Below are positions 36,982 to 48,000 of a stretch of 64,000 bases of DNA, piece after piece. The position numbers and the translations under genes were made by a program. The notes under the pieces are model-generated. The model made no database searches, was not told where the DNA came from, and saw only the letters and a program-made list of their open reading frames with translations. The stretch covers positions 380,407 to 444,406 of the forward strand of contig NW_003314385.1 of NCBI RefSeq assembly GCF_000143415.4, given 5' to 3'. Positions within the stretch are counted from its first letter, which is position 1, and the number at the start of each line of letters is the position of its first letter. This stretch comes from Selaginella moellendorffii (taxonomy: Eukaryota > Plantae > Lycopodiophyta).

Positions 36982-38275
36982 ATGTGGCAAATGCTGCGTG
37001 AAGAAAGATGCCCTTTCTGGGCAAATGCTGTAAGAGGCAGATGCCGAGCAGATGTATCTCAGGCTAGCGAAGGGGACAAACGAAAGCTAGCTATAAACAT
37101 GACGGGATGCAAATAGATTACTAGGCTGGTCCTGCGAAAATCAAAAACCATAATTGAAAACATTGAAAATGCAAAAAGAAAGGTTTATAATATTTTTGAA
37201 TTTTAAGCAACCAAATGAATGTAAGTAGGGCATGTGTTTGTAAGTTTAAAAATGCCTCAACCACTTAAATTCCCAAGTAAATAAAGCTGTTTCTATTTTT
37301 GGTACAGGTAAACTTTATAGCGTGTGGGCTCATGCAATTTTGAACCCAAAAATGCACCAAAAAATGCTCGAATAGCATTATTCTTTGAATGGCATGTGGC
37401 CTTATATTGCCATAAATGGACGTACACACACAGCATAATTATTCCTTTACACGGCGAATAATCTTGGCGCGGATCGCTGACATGGCATGGCAAAGTTCGA
37501 ATCACTGACATGGCACAGCTGGATCAAGGCAAGGACATGATGTGACAAAGTTCAACCTCCGACAGTAAAGTCTAGAAGCTACTCAGTTTGAAATTTGTCA
37601 GAGGAATCATAAGATCTGGTTTGTCAGAGGATTTGATGTGACGTTCAAGCGTGTGTTATTTTTGAATTCTCGAACTCATTCCTAGGTCTATCATTTTTGT
37701 GCGCCGTGTTCTTGGTTCCGCTGAGCGCAGTGAGCACTGCTTGTGTAAGCAGCGTTGTGAGCTGTGGTTTATGCGTTTACAAGCGGTTGCGGCATTGCGA
37801 GCGCCATTGCAAGCGGCAGTTTATGCGAGTGGCAGTTTGTGTGAGCGGCGCTACGAGCAGTTGCGGTGTTGCGAGCGGCGCTACGAGTAGTTGCGGTGTT
37901 GCGAGCGGCACTGTCTTTGGTGTGGCTACCACTTCCTCTTGATATTCGGCACTTGTGCTTCCTGGTATGTTCACCATGGAATGGTTTAGGACCACATTTA
38001 GAAATGGCATGAGGCCACATGCCATCTTGGGCCCTTGCAATTTCATGGCTAGCGTATTGTCATGTATGTTTTTACTTGCCTGCAGCTGTGTGTATATCAA
38101 GATGGCATGAGGCCTCATGCCAATTTTGTGAATGCGAAATTTCATGTGGGTGTCAATAGCATGTTTGAATAATGGCATGTGGCCTCATGCTATTGAGGTT
38201 GTTTGGTATGTTATGATTTAGGCCATTCTCCAATCATTTTTTGTATGGTCTTAACTTCTTTTCTGCACTTTCAGA

Positions 38276-41200
38276 ATGGCCTTCAGGGTTGGGGAAAAGG
38301 TTTACATTTTGAATGGTGGGAAGAGAGTTGCAAAAGGGACCCTTGTGTCTATGGATCGGAACTTTGTTATACACTGTCAAAGGCTTGGGGAAGGCAATGT
38401 TGCTGTATCAGTAGAGACTGTCTTCGATGGGAATGTGGTTGCTATTGAACGAGGAGAGATGGTCGTCGGGGTAAATGTTGTTGTTGCCTTGAAAAATCTG
38501 CAGAAGAAAGCAGATGTTGGGGACAGCGCAAGTGCGACGCATGTTCCCTCCGTGGATCTTAAGAACCGTGCTACATGGATTCAGGCAAAGGTGTTTCTAA
38601 ACAACCCCGAGGGGGAGGTGGTAGCTGAGGGCTTAGCCACAGTTGTCGATCCAAGAGATGCGGTTGCTAATCAAGAATTGGGCTGGGATGATATTGGAGT
38701 TGCGATTTTAGAGGTTGTTGACACAGAAGAAAACAGTCTGACTATTGGAAGCATTGTGCGGTGGAAATTGAGGCATTTAGTGTTTGAGAATGTGAAGGAT
38801 TCACAATCAAACACCACTACAACTAATGACAGAACATCTCTTCATGGGAAAAGAAAGTACACCTTCCTACAGCGCAGCCAAAGGGATCTGAGCAATGAAC
38901 CGAAAAGGCAGAAAATGGCGATGGAGGTTCGAATGGTCTCGACAGTTGCTTGTTGCAAGAGGAGGTGCTGTCAACATGCTGATTGGGATGCTATTGAAGA
39001 GGAGAGAGCAAGATACAAGACATTGTCCTGGAAGGCAGCTCGCAATTTTGTGTATGAGGCATTACGGTCATCTGTTGATGCTTTAGAACATCAGGTGGGG
39101 GGCATGGTCTTCCAGAGGGGTTTGGTCTGCATGAAGGCATGGAGAATCATTTATGGAGTCCCTCGAAGCACATTCTACAGAATCAAAACTGAGTTCGAGG
39201 AACAAAGGGTTCAACAGGCAGTCCATGGGAACGACGGTACGCACAAAACCAGGGGTCATGTTGTATATGGAGAGGCAATCTTCAAGAGGTTTGTCGAGAC
39301 ATGTAGCGAGCAACAACCACATAAAACCCACCTCTTGGAAGATGGAACACGAGACACCCAACGAGTTCTCCCTTCCATGTATACCAAGGGGGCCATATTG
39401 GAAGATGTGAATCGAGAACTCCAGAGTAATGGCTACAGGAAGCTGAGCCAATCTAGATTTAGTAGATTGTGGAGCAACAGGTTCAGGGATGTGAGTATAG
39501 GAAAGTACTCCAGCTTTTCAAAGTGTGACGAGTGCACTGCTATCAAAATGGCTTTGTCGAAGAATTCTTGCAGCGCTCAAGAGCGAGAGACGTTGGTTAG
39601 AAGGCAGCTCGACCACAACATTGAGCAGAGAAGCTGCAGGACTGCATATTATCATAACAGGATTCTCTCCATGGAGAGACCTGACTCTTACCTCTGCATC
39701 ATCCATGACAAAATGGACCAGAAAAAGACGTGCTTACCTCGACTCAATCCTGCCCCCAAGGCAATCTCTTCATCCATGCAGCTGCCTGTGTCTCTGTTTG
39801 GCATAATCGCTCATGGGCATGGTGCCCAGAACTATGGGAACTTCTTTGTACCTCTATGGGGTGGCGGGGGTGCAAACATGATGATTGCGTCCCTAGCAAA
39901 ACACTTAAGGTCTTTGCAAAGTGCGCAGACTGAGCTGAACGGCCAACCCTTGCATAAGGCCCTTGTCGATCGAACCCCATACAGGGTTCAGCTGGAGGAG
40001 GAGCAAAGGCTTGCAGTATCGCGTGGGGCCCCATGCCATCCCAGTGAATATGTTGGCCGTCAGATTGTAGGGTTATCACGTGAGGCCTCATGCCATTCCG
40101 ACGAGGCTGGTCGCTCGGTGAATGCACAGCCTCATCCAAACGAAGCAGAATCTCAAGGAAGTTCTTGCGGCCGATGTGGCCTTCCACCCCATCTTCTGCT
40201 CCAAACAGACAATGCTGGCAGTGAGAACAAAAACATGTACGTCTTCGCGTACTTGGCGATGCTTGTTGCCAAAGGCATATTTGAAACGGTTACACTTGGC
40301 TTTCTCATGGTTGGGCACACTCATGAAGACGTCGATGCCATGTTCAGTCACCTGGCAGAGTCCCTCTGGCGATCCAATGTCCTCACCCTCCCACAACTCT
40401 ACGATGAATTCCAAAATTGCATCAAAGGCACTGTTGAAGCTGCACTTGTGACAAAGGTTCCAGACTTTAAGGGGTTTGTAAGAGGCTACATTAGGGACAG
40501 ATCCAAAACGCTGATTGGCCACTCCAAGCCTCTTCAGTTTCATTTCAGCATGCGTGACGGTGCTCCAGTGATGAGGTACAAGATGAGAGAATGGGACACA
40601 GTGTGGCTGCCAGTGGATGGCATTGAACTCTTCAAGAGAGATCCCATAACTGGGGAACCTATGATTCCTCAAGGTTCCCCACGGCCGATGCACCCGGATG
40701 GACTCAAAGACCAGGAAAGTATAGTGGCCGGGATTAGATAGCATATTGCCTTCTGGAAGAGGGGGTTGGTGTTTGGTGGAGAATCCTATTTTAAGAGGTG
40801 CAAGCCTTTGCTCGAATACTGGGAGAAGATTATATCTGCTATCCAAAATGGGCCGGTTGTATATGAAGAATTGGAAGAGTCCTTTTGGGCAGAACCCAGA
40901 GCACCAGATAGTAGCGGAACAATGTCCTCTGGAAATGCAGTGACAGATAACGATGTTGAGGATCACTATTGTGGGCCGAGGAACAAGAAGCCGGATTCAG
41001 CATTCAATCCAGTACAGGTCTGCAAAGGAATGGTCGTGCTTGTCAGATCCAGTAATAAAAAACAAATGATATGGGTGGGGCGCTGCATCACTGATGCAGA
41101 GGAGGACGCGGAAACTAACTCCTTCAATGTAACTGTGGAGTGGTTCAAGCCAATTTCCGGATATACGAAGGATTGCCTAGAAAAGAGATGGGTGCTGAAT

Positions 41201-41417
41201 CCAAGGGATCCCAGCATGAGCATATCGGTGGATAATGTTGTGCATGGTTGGATGCGGAAGTAGAGTGCCACCATCACCTTGCCAGACCATGCAAGAGATG
41301 CAGCAAGAGCATTCATAACCCGGGTTCAAGGTGAGATTCATTAATATTCCTTTACTAAGTTTCTAATGTATTTTATTTCAAGGTGAACAATCTGAATCTG
41401 AATCAGAGGAGGCGTGA
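38276..41417 (+). pseudogene. DDD transposase (DUF7869/Sola-like) with N-terminal Tnp1/En-Spm-like repeats; two in-frame TAG stops (40739, 41261); last intron 41331-41382
   Basis: Motifs FSKCDEC, HDKMDQKKTCLP, LQTDNAGSENKN, FLMVGHTHEDVDAMFS. ORFs 38276-40741 and 40766-41263 are in one frame. The final exon ends GEQSESESEEA*. Confidence 0.82.
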
Positions 41418-42009
41418 TGGCATGTGGCCCTTTGCACTAGTATATCTTAATACCGGTCTGAGAAATAGAATGGCATGTGCCCTCAGGCCTTTTACTAAAT
41501 CACCTTTGAAAGAAATGCAAGCCTCTATGTCGTAAAAAAAAGGTACTAGAGAAATTCCTTAATAATATGAATGTTATTTAGTTTCATGAAAATACACTAA
41601 GGGTCAAATGAGTTAAATGACTTCTCCAGACTAGCAATGCCTCTTGCTACACCTTCACAATTAGATTCGTTAGAAAAAGATAACATTGAATAATATCTAA
41701 ATGTTCTCACCATTAAGTTATATGTCTGGCTAATAGGAATGACGTTCATCTTGGAAAGCTCACCACATGCTCAATGAACAAACAAATAGTGTGTGCGCGC
41801 ATGCCATCGCTTTTCTTTAGCTTCAGATTCGGCTTGTTCACCTTGACAATGAGATTTATTATACAACCAAATGGACTCAGTCTGGACACAAAGTCACCGC
41901 GCTAGTCACCATGCCCTAGATATGTCTAGCCCCTGGACAAAAAACATATAATTTCATGTCATTTTCAAATACTTGAAAATTTGTACCTAGTCCCATTTTA
42001 CTGAATAAA

Positions 42010-42033
42010 TCCCACTTTAACGAAATAGAACTT
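42010..42033 (-). repeat. Right TIR
   Basis: Inverted repeat of 29452-29475. Confidence 0.88.
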
Positions 42034-45000
42034 GTAAGTTATCATCCGATAAACTAGTATTACAGTATAGGAACCCCCAAGATCACTATCATAGGAAAAC
42101 ATAGGATTCACCATCCAACAAAATTCAATAGCAAGTATATCATCAAGTACACTCAATGAGAAAACTTAACCACCGAAGATTATAGCCAGTATGCTAAACA
42201 ACTTACCAAAGATAACTCAAAGAACACAAAGTATCCTTAACCGACAAGCACAATGCTCGCGAATGTATCACCTGAAGGAAATAATATTCTAATCTATCAT
42301 GACTAATTTGAGCAATAATCAGCAAAACAGAATGAATGTGGTAAGACCAACAAACACTTAGTCATGCTAACCATCGCATAAGTCAATCTGAATAGATCCC
42401 GATCAATAATACCAAGGAACCAGAGTTGTTTAAGTACAACAACGTCCTATCGATATCTCAAACCCAAGAGACCAATCCAGAGCAAACCACAAAGAACATG
42501 TGGTATTGCGAAAAGCCATAAGCCATCAAAGAAAACAACTAACCATCATGAAAGATCATCAATCATCCCATCAATAGAGAAATGCATAATTGTCATCGAA
42601 GAAAGAATCCACCATCTTGAAGAATGGCAAATCATTCTAGATCAATGAGAATCAAGCAAAACCTTTGACAATGATAATCAACTATCCTAGATGATAGTCA
42701 ATCATCACCAATGATTGCTAGATGCAAACACTAACTTTAACATCGAAGCTAGGAGCCAACATGCTTTCCCCAACAACTTCTAACAAATGGAATAATGAAC
42801 ACAAAACTCAAGGAACCAAAGGCTCGAAGAAGCCTATAGCTAAGTTTTGCCAAATAATGTTCACGAGTCTCATAGAAGCTAACTTCAATGCTAAAGAAGA
42901 AATCATAGTGCAACCCACAATGTCTTCCTCAACACATTCATAAGCCAAATTTCATAATGCCAAAGCTAATGAAGAGCATTTCTGCATCAATCCAAAAACT
43001 AAGTACAATGGAACTATGCCAACAAGTGATCACTAAACGATCCTCCATGAATCCATCTTTAACATGACGTAATTCACATCGTAACAAGCACAAGAGGAAT
43101 CATCAATGATCAATATATTCCAACTCAAATCTAATAAGGATTTAAACATTTCAATATCAATCACTAACTCTTTATCTCGTATAGCTAACATAGTCCATAA
43201 TTAAGCCACTTTTCAAGGAAAGGCTAAAGCTCAACCTTTATTAAGCAATCTTGTCTAGAACACAACTAACTCAACTTGCCACTCAGTTCGTTTGAACGTC
43301 AACACAGTTGCTAATTAGCAAATGCACGAATGCCAACAACACAAAGCTATAGCCAAATCATCAACACTATATTCATCAAGACTAATGAAACTCAATATCA
43401 ATCCTTGGAAGGATATCTCATTTCACTCAAATCTCAATATCAACAATGTTAATGACAAAGCATCACTTCAATGCCATCAACACAAAAACAAAGCTAGAAG
43501 AAAGCACGAGTGAATCACCACTCAAAACTCTCCAGCAACCAAGCTAACCAAAGTCGAAGATACCTTAGTCAATATTTAAGACCAATCCTCCAACAAAACT
43601 CAGTTACAAATAACACTTCATCAAGGAGTGATTCACCACGTCCAAGACTCAATGAAATCTAACACTATGGACTAGATGTAACCAAATGATATCGACAGAG
43701 GTAGAGTCGACATGTCAACATGGAAAAACCAGTGTAAGTCTAACGACACGATCCTCCGCAACATCATCCGATAAAGCAAGCCCATCACTGCTAAATCATC
43801 ATCGAGCGAAGCAAGTATCAACAGTCTTTTGACAAAGTCTACAAGTAATCACTAGTCACAAAGCAACTAACAATCACCCTTCAACTTGCCTTCACAAGAC
43901 CCGAACACTAAGTCATGTCATCGAGTCACATACTTGTCCAACATGAACACAATACCCCAGGTACGAGATAAAAGTTCATAGACAAGCACAAACTAAATGA
44001 CTATTCGAATCCAACTCAACCGCAATAAGTTCACTAATGCATTTAGTCAATAGCTCTGAGCATGCCTTGAAGAGGCTAGCTATGCAATCAGCACTCAGTC
44101 GAAACTAAAGTGAAGACCATAAGATGGACTCATATCGGTACACAACCTCTTCATAGACATAACTATAGTACGAGTACCAACATCTCAACCTCAAACAACT
44201 AAGTTGGACATCACCATCCTCAGCCAAGGCACAGGGCCACCAAGACTAAGTCAAGATTAGTGAGATCTCACTACTCTTATAAAGTCTAACGTAATGCAAA
44301 GTGCAACCTACCACCAAACATAACACTACAGAAGAAAGGCACAAGGGTCACCCTTCTTAGAAAAGTGCAACGGCCACTTTTCTACACCAACTCCAGACTC
44401 TATCCAACTCAATTGTTTTAGCCTCAAAAGTCAGCATCCCTTTTGGGCCGCATTATACAAACTACTTACCAAGGTCTAAGCTAACTGAAGCCAACTCCAA
44501 CCCCTTCACTAGTTTGTAATGGCTTATGAAAACGGAATGGTTTTTGAGCAAAGTGATCAATAGATTAGCCATTGGAAAAGTTTAAGAAAATTTGTGGAAA
44601 ATTTCCATCCTAGAGAAAGAATGACTCTTAGTCCAGGATTGCAAATTTTCAAGACTCAACCAACTTCCTCCTACAAACAACTTCACATAGGTTCACCTCA
44701 ACACAAATTCTCATGATTCAACAATATGCTTAAGCATCGAACATCTTTGCCCATACTTCCGACATCCAACATCGATATCCGCAAAGTGCAAAGTGAACAT
44801 CTAAGGCTTGATCATGAAGACCACATCTCCAGATATCCACATTGCACTAACACTCTTCTTCAACCATCTTCAAAATCCAATGTGAAGCAAAACACTAACA
44901 AAAAAAATGACATGGAAAATCAAGCTCTAAGGAAAATTCCTCATCACTCGAATCAACAATGCCACTTCCACTAACACAAATGCTAGTAATGTCAATGCCT

Positions 45001-48000
45001 CAACTACACACCTTCTCCATCTAATAATCTACTCCAAGTGCTAACGGATGAACTGATGAGCTATAGCAAATGAATGCTATAACCCTTTTCCAACACCTTA
45101 TGGGCAAACTTAAGGAAACAAGGTACCAACTTAAGCTTAGCATAATGGACCACTATTGAGAATCCAGTCAAAGCTACTACAATGCTACTTCGTGCAAGTA
45201 GACTAACTTCTCCATCAACCACTTTGGGGTTGATCATCATTTACCCAAGCAACTTCATAAACACATTGCTCATTATCACATGGATATGATATATATCACA
45301 ATGAATTGATCATCAATTGAGCAACACCATGAGCAATGCACATGTCACTACTACAAAAGTTTATGTGAGTATCAAGTGTCAACTCGATTCGATAAAATGT
45401 AACATAAATGTCACACTTCACCGATAGAGATTTACAACACCCAACACCACTAACTTTTGTTCATAACACGGACAAACTCATGCCACTCTCTTTCTGACCA
45501 AACTCAAAACTAATCCAACACCAAGCTACTCAAGGAGCAATAGCAAGGTTCCCTAGAAAAGAATTGAGCATTGCAACCCACATCTTCAATAGCAAGCCTA
45601 GACAAAATGGTATAGCGCTTCACCGCTATCCATCCCATGACTCACCACTTGTAAGACCATCATTTCCAACATGCATCAAGGTAGGGACTCTTGATTGCAT
45701 ATTGTGAACACGAGCAATGAGTTACACCTCGTTGCAAATCATCCCTCTAAGAAGAGAAAATGATTTACATGTTTGATCCTTCGTCCCTGATGACTCCTTT
45801 TTCGGCCTCATCTTTGACTAAACCTCAAGCTTGCATTCGCACTGCTTTCAGTCTAATCCAAGAAAAATTTATGAGAGAGCATGGCAATGATTATTTGAAC
45901 CAATAGACCAATCCCTACAGTCTTGATTGATCCACTCATAATCATGCCTGGGAAGGATCCACTAGTGCCATGCTAAACAGCTATGGACTAGCCTATTTGC
46001 CACTCATAGCAAACCCAAGGAAGGTTTACTTTCACCCACGGTACATGGAACAACTCATGGAACCACCGATAGGCTAACATTAATCCTGCCAACTCAAAAT
46101 GTAATCTCGAGTTGCTAATGTGCCTCACTCACGAGCCCAAGCACAAACTCGTGCAAATAGAACGTCTCAATCCATCTTATGAGCCCAAGAGCAAGCTCAC
46201 ATTATTATGGTACAAAAAGGTAACCAAATCCATACCTAAGGAACGATTGCAAAGCCTACTCGAATCATTGTTTTCATCTCTGCATATGTAACGAGACTAG
46301 TTGCCCAATCTCATTGGATAGTACTCGCCAAGACTCATCCTTTGATACCAAATGTAGCGCACGTGGTTTTGACCCTTTATCTTATGGTGATTTACCATAG
46401 GATAACACCACGAAGCGGAACCTAAACCCTCTTTGTGCCATGTGACAGTTGCCACATGTCACATGCCACGTGTCCAAAGGAACATGGTGTGGAACCCGAG
46501 GTTCAAGGCCTTGGGCCACTGAATGAAGGAACGGTGCCAAACTCCCAAGCATGAAGCCAAGGAGTGATGGAACCGGACCACAGAGCAACTCCCGAGCGTA
46601 TAGCCCAAGGAGCGAAGGGACAGGAGCACGGAGCGACTTGGAACAGTCCTAGAGTATCTAGCATCCAATTGCCAGGACCAGCACGCAAAACGGAGCCAAA
46701 CAGAGTCTGGCACTATTTTGGCATATCGGTGGCCTAACGCGAGGATATGGGTACTCCACCAGCTAGCATGGTGTGGAGCTTGGGCTTAGACCCAAGCCGG
46801 ATGCAGAACAAGGACAGACACGCAAGCGGGAGCTAAACTATGCCTCAGGTTGGTCGGCCATGCCCGACCTACCCACTATCCCTTCTATACATTTGGAACC
46901 CCCCACACATCCCCCCCCCCTGAGGAACACACGCTTTGGGCTTTCACCCCAAGCCACCCTTAGTACCAGGAGTTAGTCTTTGGGCTTGAAATTTACTAAA
47001 TATGGCATGTCCTTAGATTGCGAATTTGGACACAGGACGAACACCATTGTGTTCAAGACAATCTCTACATTCCGTAGATATGCCAAATAGCATTTAGGAC
47101 CGAAATGAGACTAACACAAAGGGCATGATAGCGAGGGTGTTTGGCAAACACGGTAAGCTATCATCTAGTGAATATTGAGGGACCAATCTCAATATCGCGG
47201 GGGTTCCCAACACTAGCAAGTGCAAGTCAACGAATGAGTTTCTCTAACCAGGTCAAGTATGCTTGACTAAATAGACACTTAGGAATTCTTTCCTTATGCT
47301 CATCTGGTCAAGTGCACATGCAAGGACCAGTTTCTCAACTAGCTTAGGCAGAGACTGATAACGGGTCCAGCAATACCGACCTCCTGCCGTTATGGCAGTA
47401 AGGAAAGAGTGTCCGTAAGGACTAGTCGACAAGTATCTTTCGATACCCGAAGTCACATTTGCGACAGGCTCAGCATATCTAACTTGAATACTTTGGTGCG
47501 AGTGGCACCAAGGTCATGGTGAATGAGATGGGGACACCCAGTCTTAGTTGGTATGGACCCTTGGCCGGAAGGGCTAGCTTGGGTGCACCGCCAAGTGTGG
47601 GGGATGCCCCTGGGGTCATGGTCAACAAGTTAAAGGTTTGGAAGATTTAGTATTTATTGGCAAACCTATTAAGGTGACCAAGGTGTGATCACTAAGTGAT
47701 CTTATGGCTAAAATAAGGACAAGGCCCTTATAAGGTTAAGGAATAAGGTTCCTAGTCCAAAGTGTTGATTTGAACTATTAAAGATAATGTGGCTTGGTAA
47801 AGGTGACCAAGTGGGAGGGACACCCAAGGGAAATGAGCTGTGTCAATGCAATAGCATAGCAAGTCCAAAGAAAGTAATCTTTATAAGGGACCCATAGAAG
47901 GGTCTCAAAGTTGGGCTATGGATAGGGCCCACAGCAGAAGATGCGACGTACTAAGGGTGAACACCCTTTGGACTTGGCAAAGCAAAGTCTTTGCTATGGA

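Larger units (their letters stand above)
29546..41807. repeat. Dispersed 22-bp palindrome, consensus ATGGCRTGWGGCCWCAYGCCAT, about 20 copies
   Basis: Copies start at 29546, 29838, 30915, 30990, 32223, 32414, 32555, 34054, 35527, 35587, 35664, 36461, 37389, 38004, 38102, 38172, 40018, 40075, 41417, 41470 and 41786 (some degenerate). Confidence 0.9.
29452..42033. mobile_element. 12.6-kb TIR DNA transposon (Sola-like DDD transposase, 4-bp TSD) with a divergent cargo gene
   Basis: 24-bp TIRs AAGCTCTATTTCGTTAAAGTGGGA / TCCCACTTTAACGAAATAGAACTT with 1 mismatch. TSD GTAA at 29448-29451 and 42034-42037. Transposase at 38276-41417. The superfamily call is inferred from the 4-bp TSD and motifs. Confidence 0.88.
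27671..47466 (-). mobile_element. Non-autonomous family-A LTR element (LARD-like); 3' LTR 27671-28815, 5' LTR 46353-47466
   Basis: TSD GGCTC at 27666-27670 and 47467-47471. LTR start matches the chromovirus LTR (TGTCGCAAATGTGACTTCGGGTATCGAAAGATACTTGTCG). PBS TGGTATCAAAG at 46340-46350 and PPT at 28816-28828, both on the minus strand. Internal 42034-46340 has no ORFs. Confidence 0.92.

Noticed and set aside
29546-41807. CRISPR-like array or MITE family for the palindromes
   Set aside because: Spacing is irregular (tens of bp to several kb), there are no cas genes, and no consistent TSDs flank the copies.
29452-42033. CACTA/EnSpm, Mutator or Helitron classification
   Set aside because: No CACTA/CACTG ends, no long TIR with 9-bp TSD and no Rep/helicase. 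The element has 24-bp TIRs and a 4-bp TSD.
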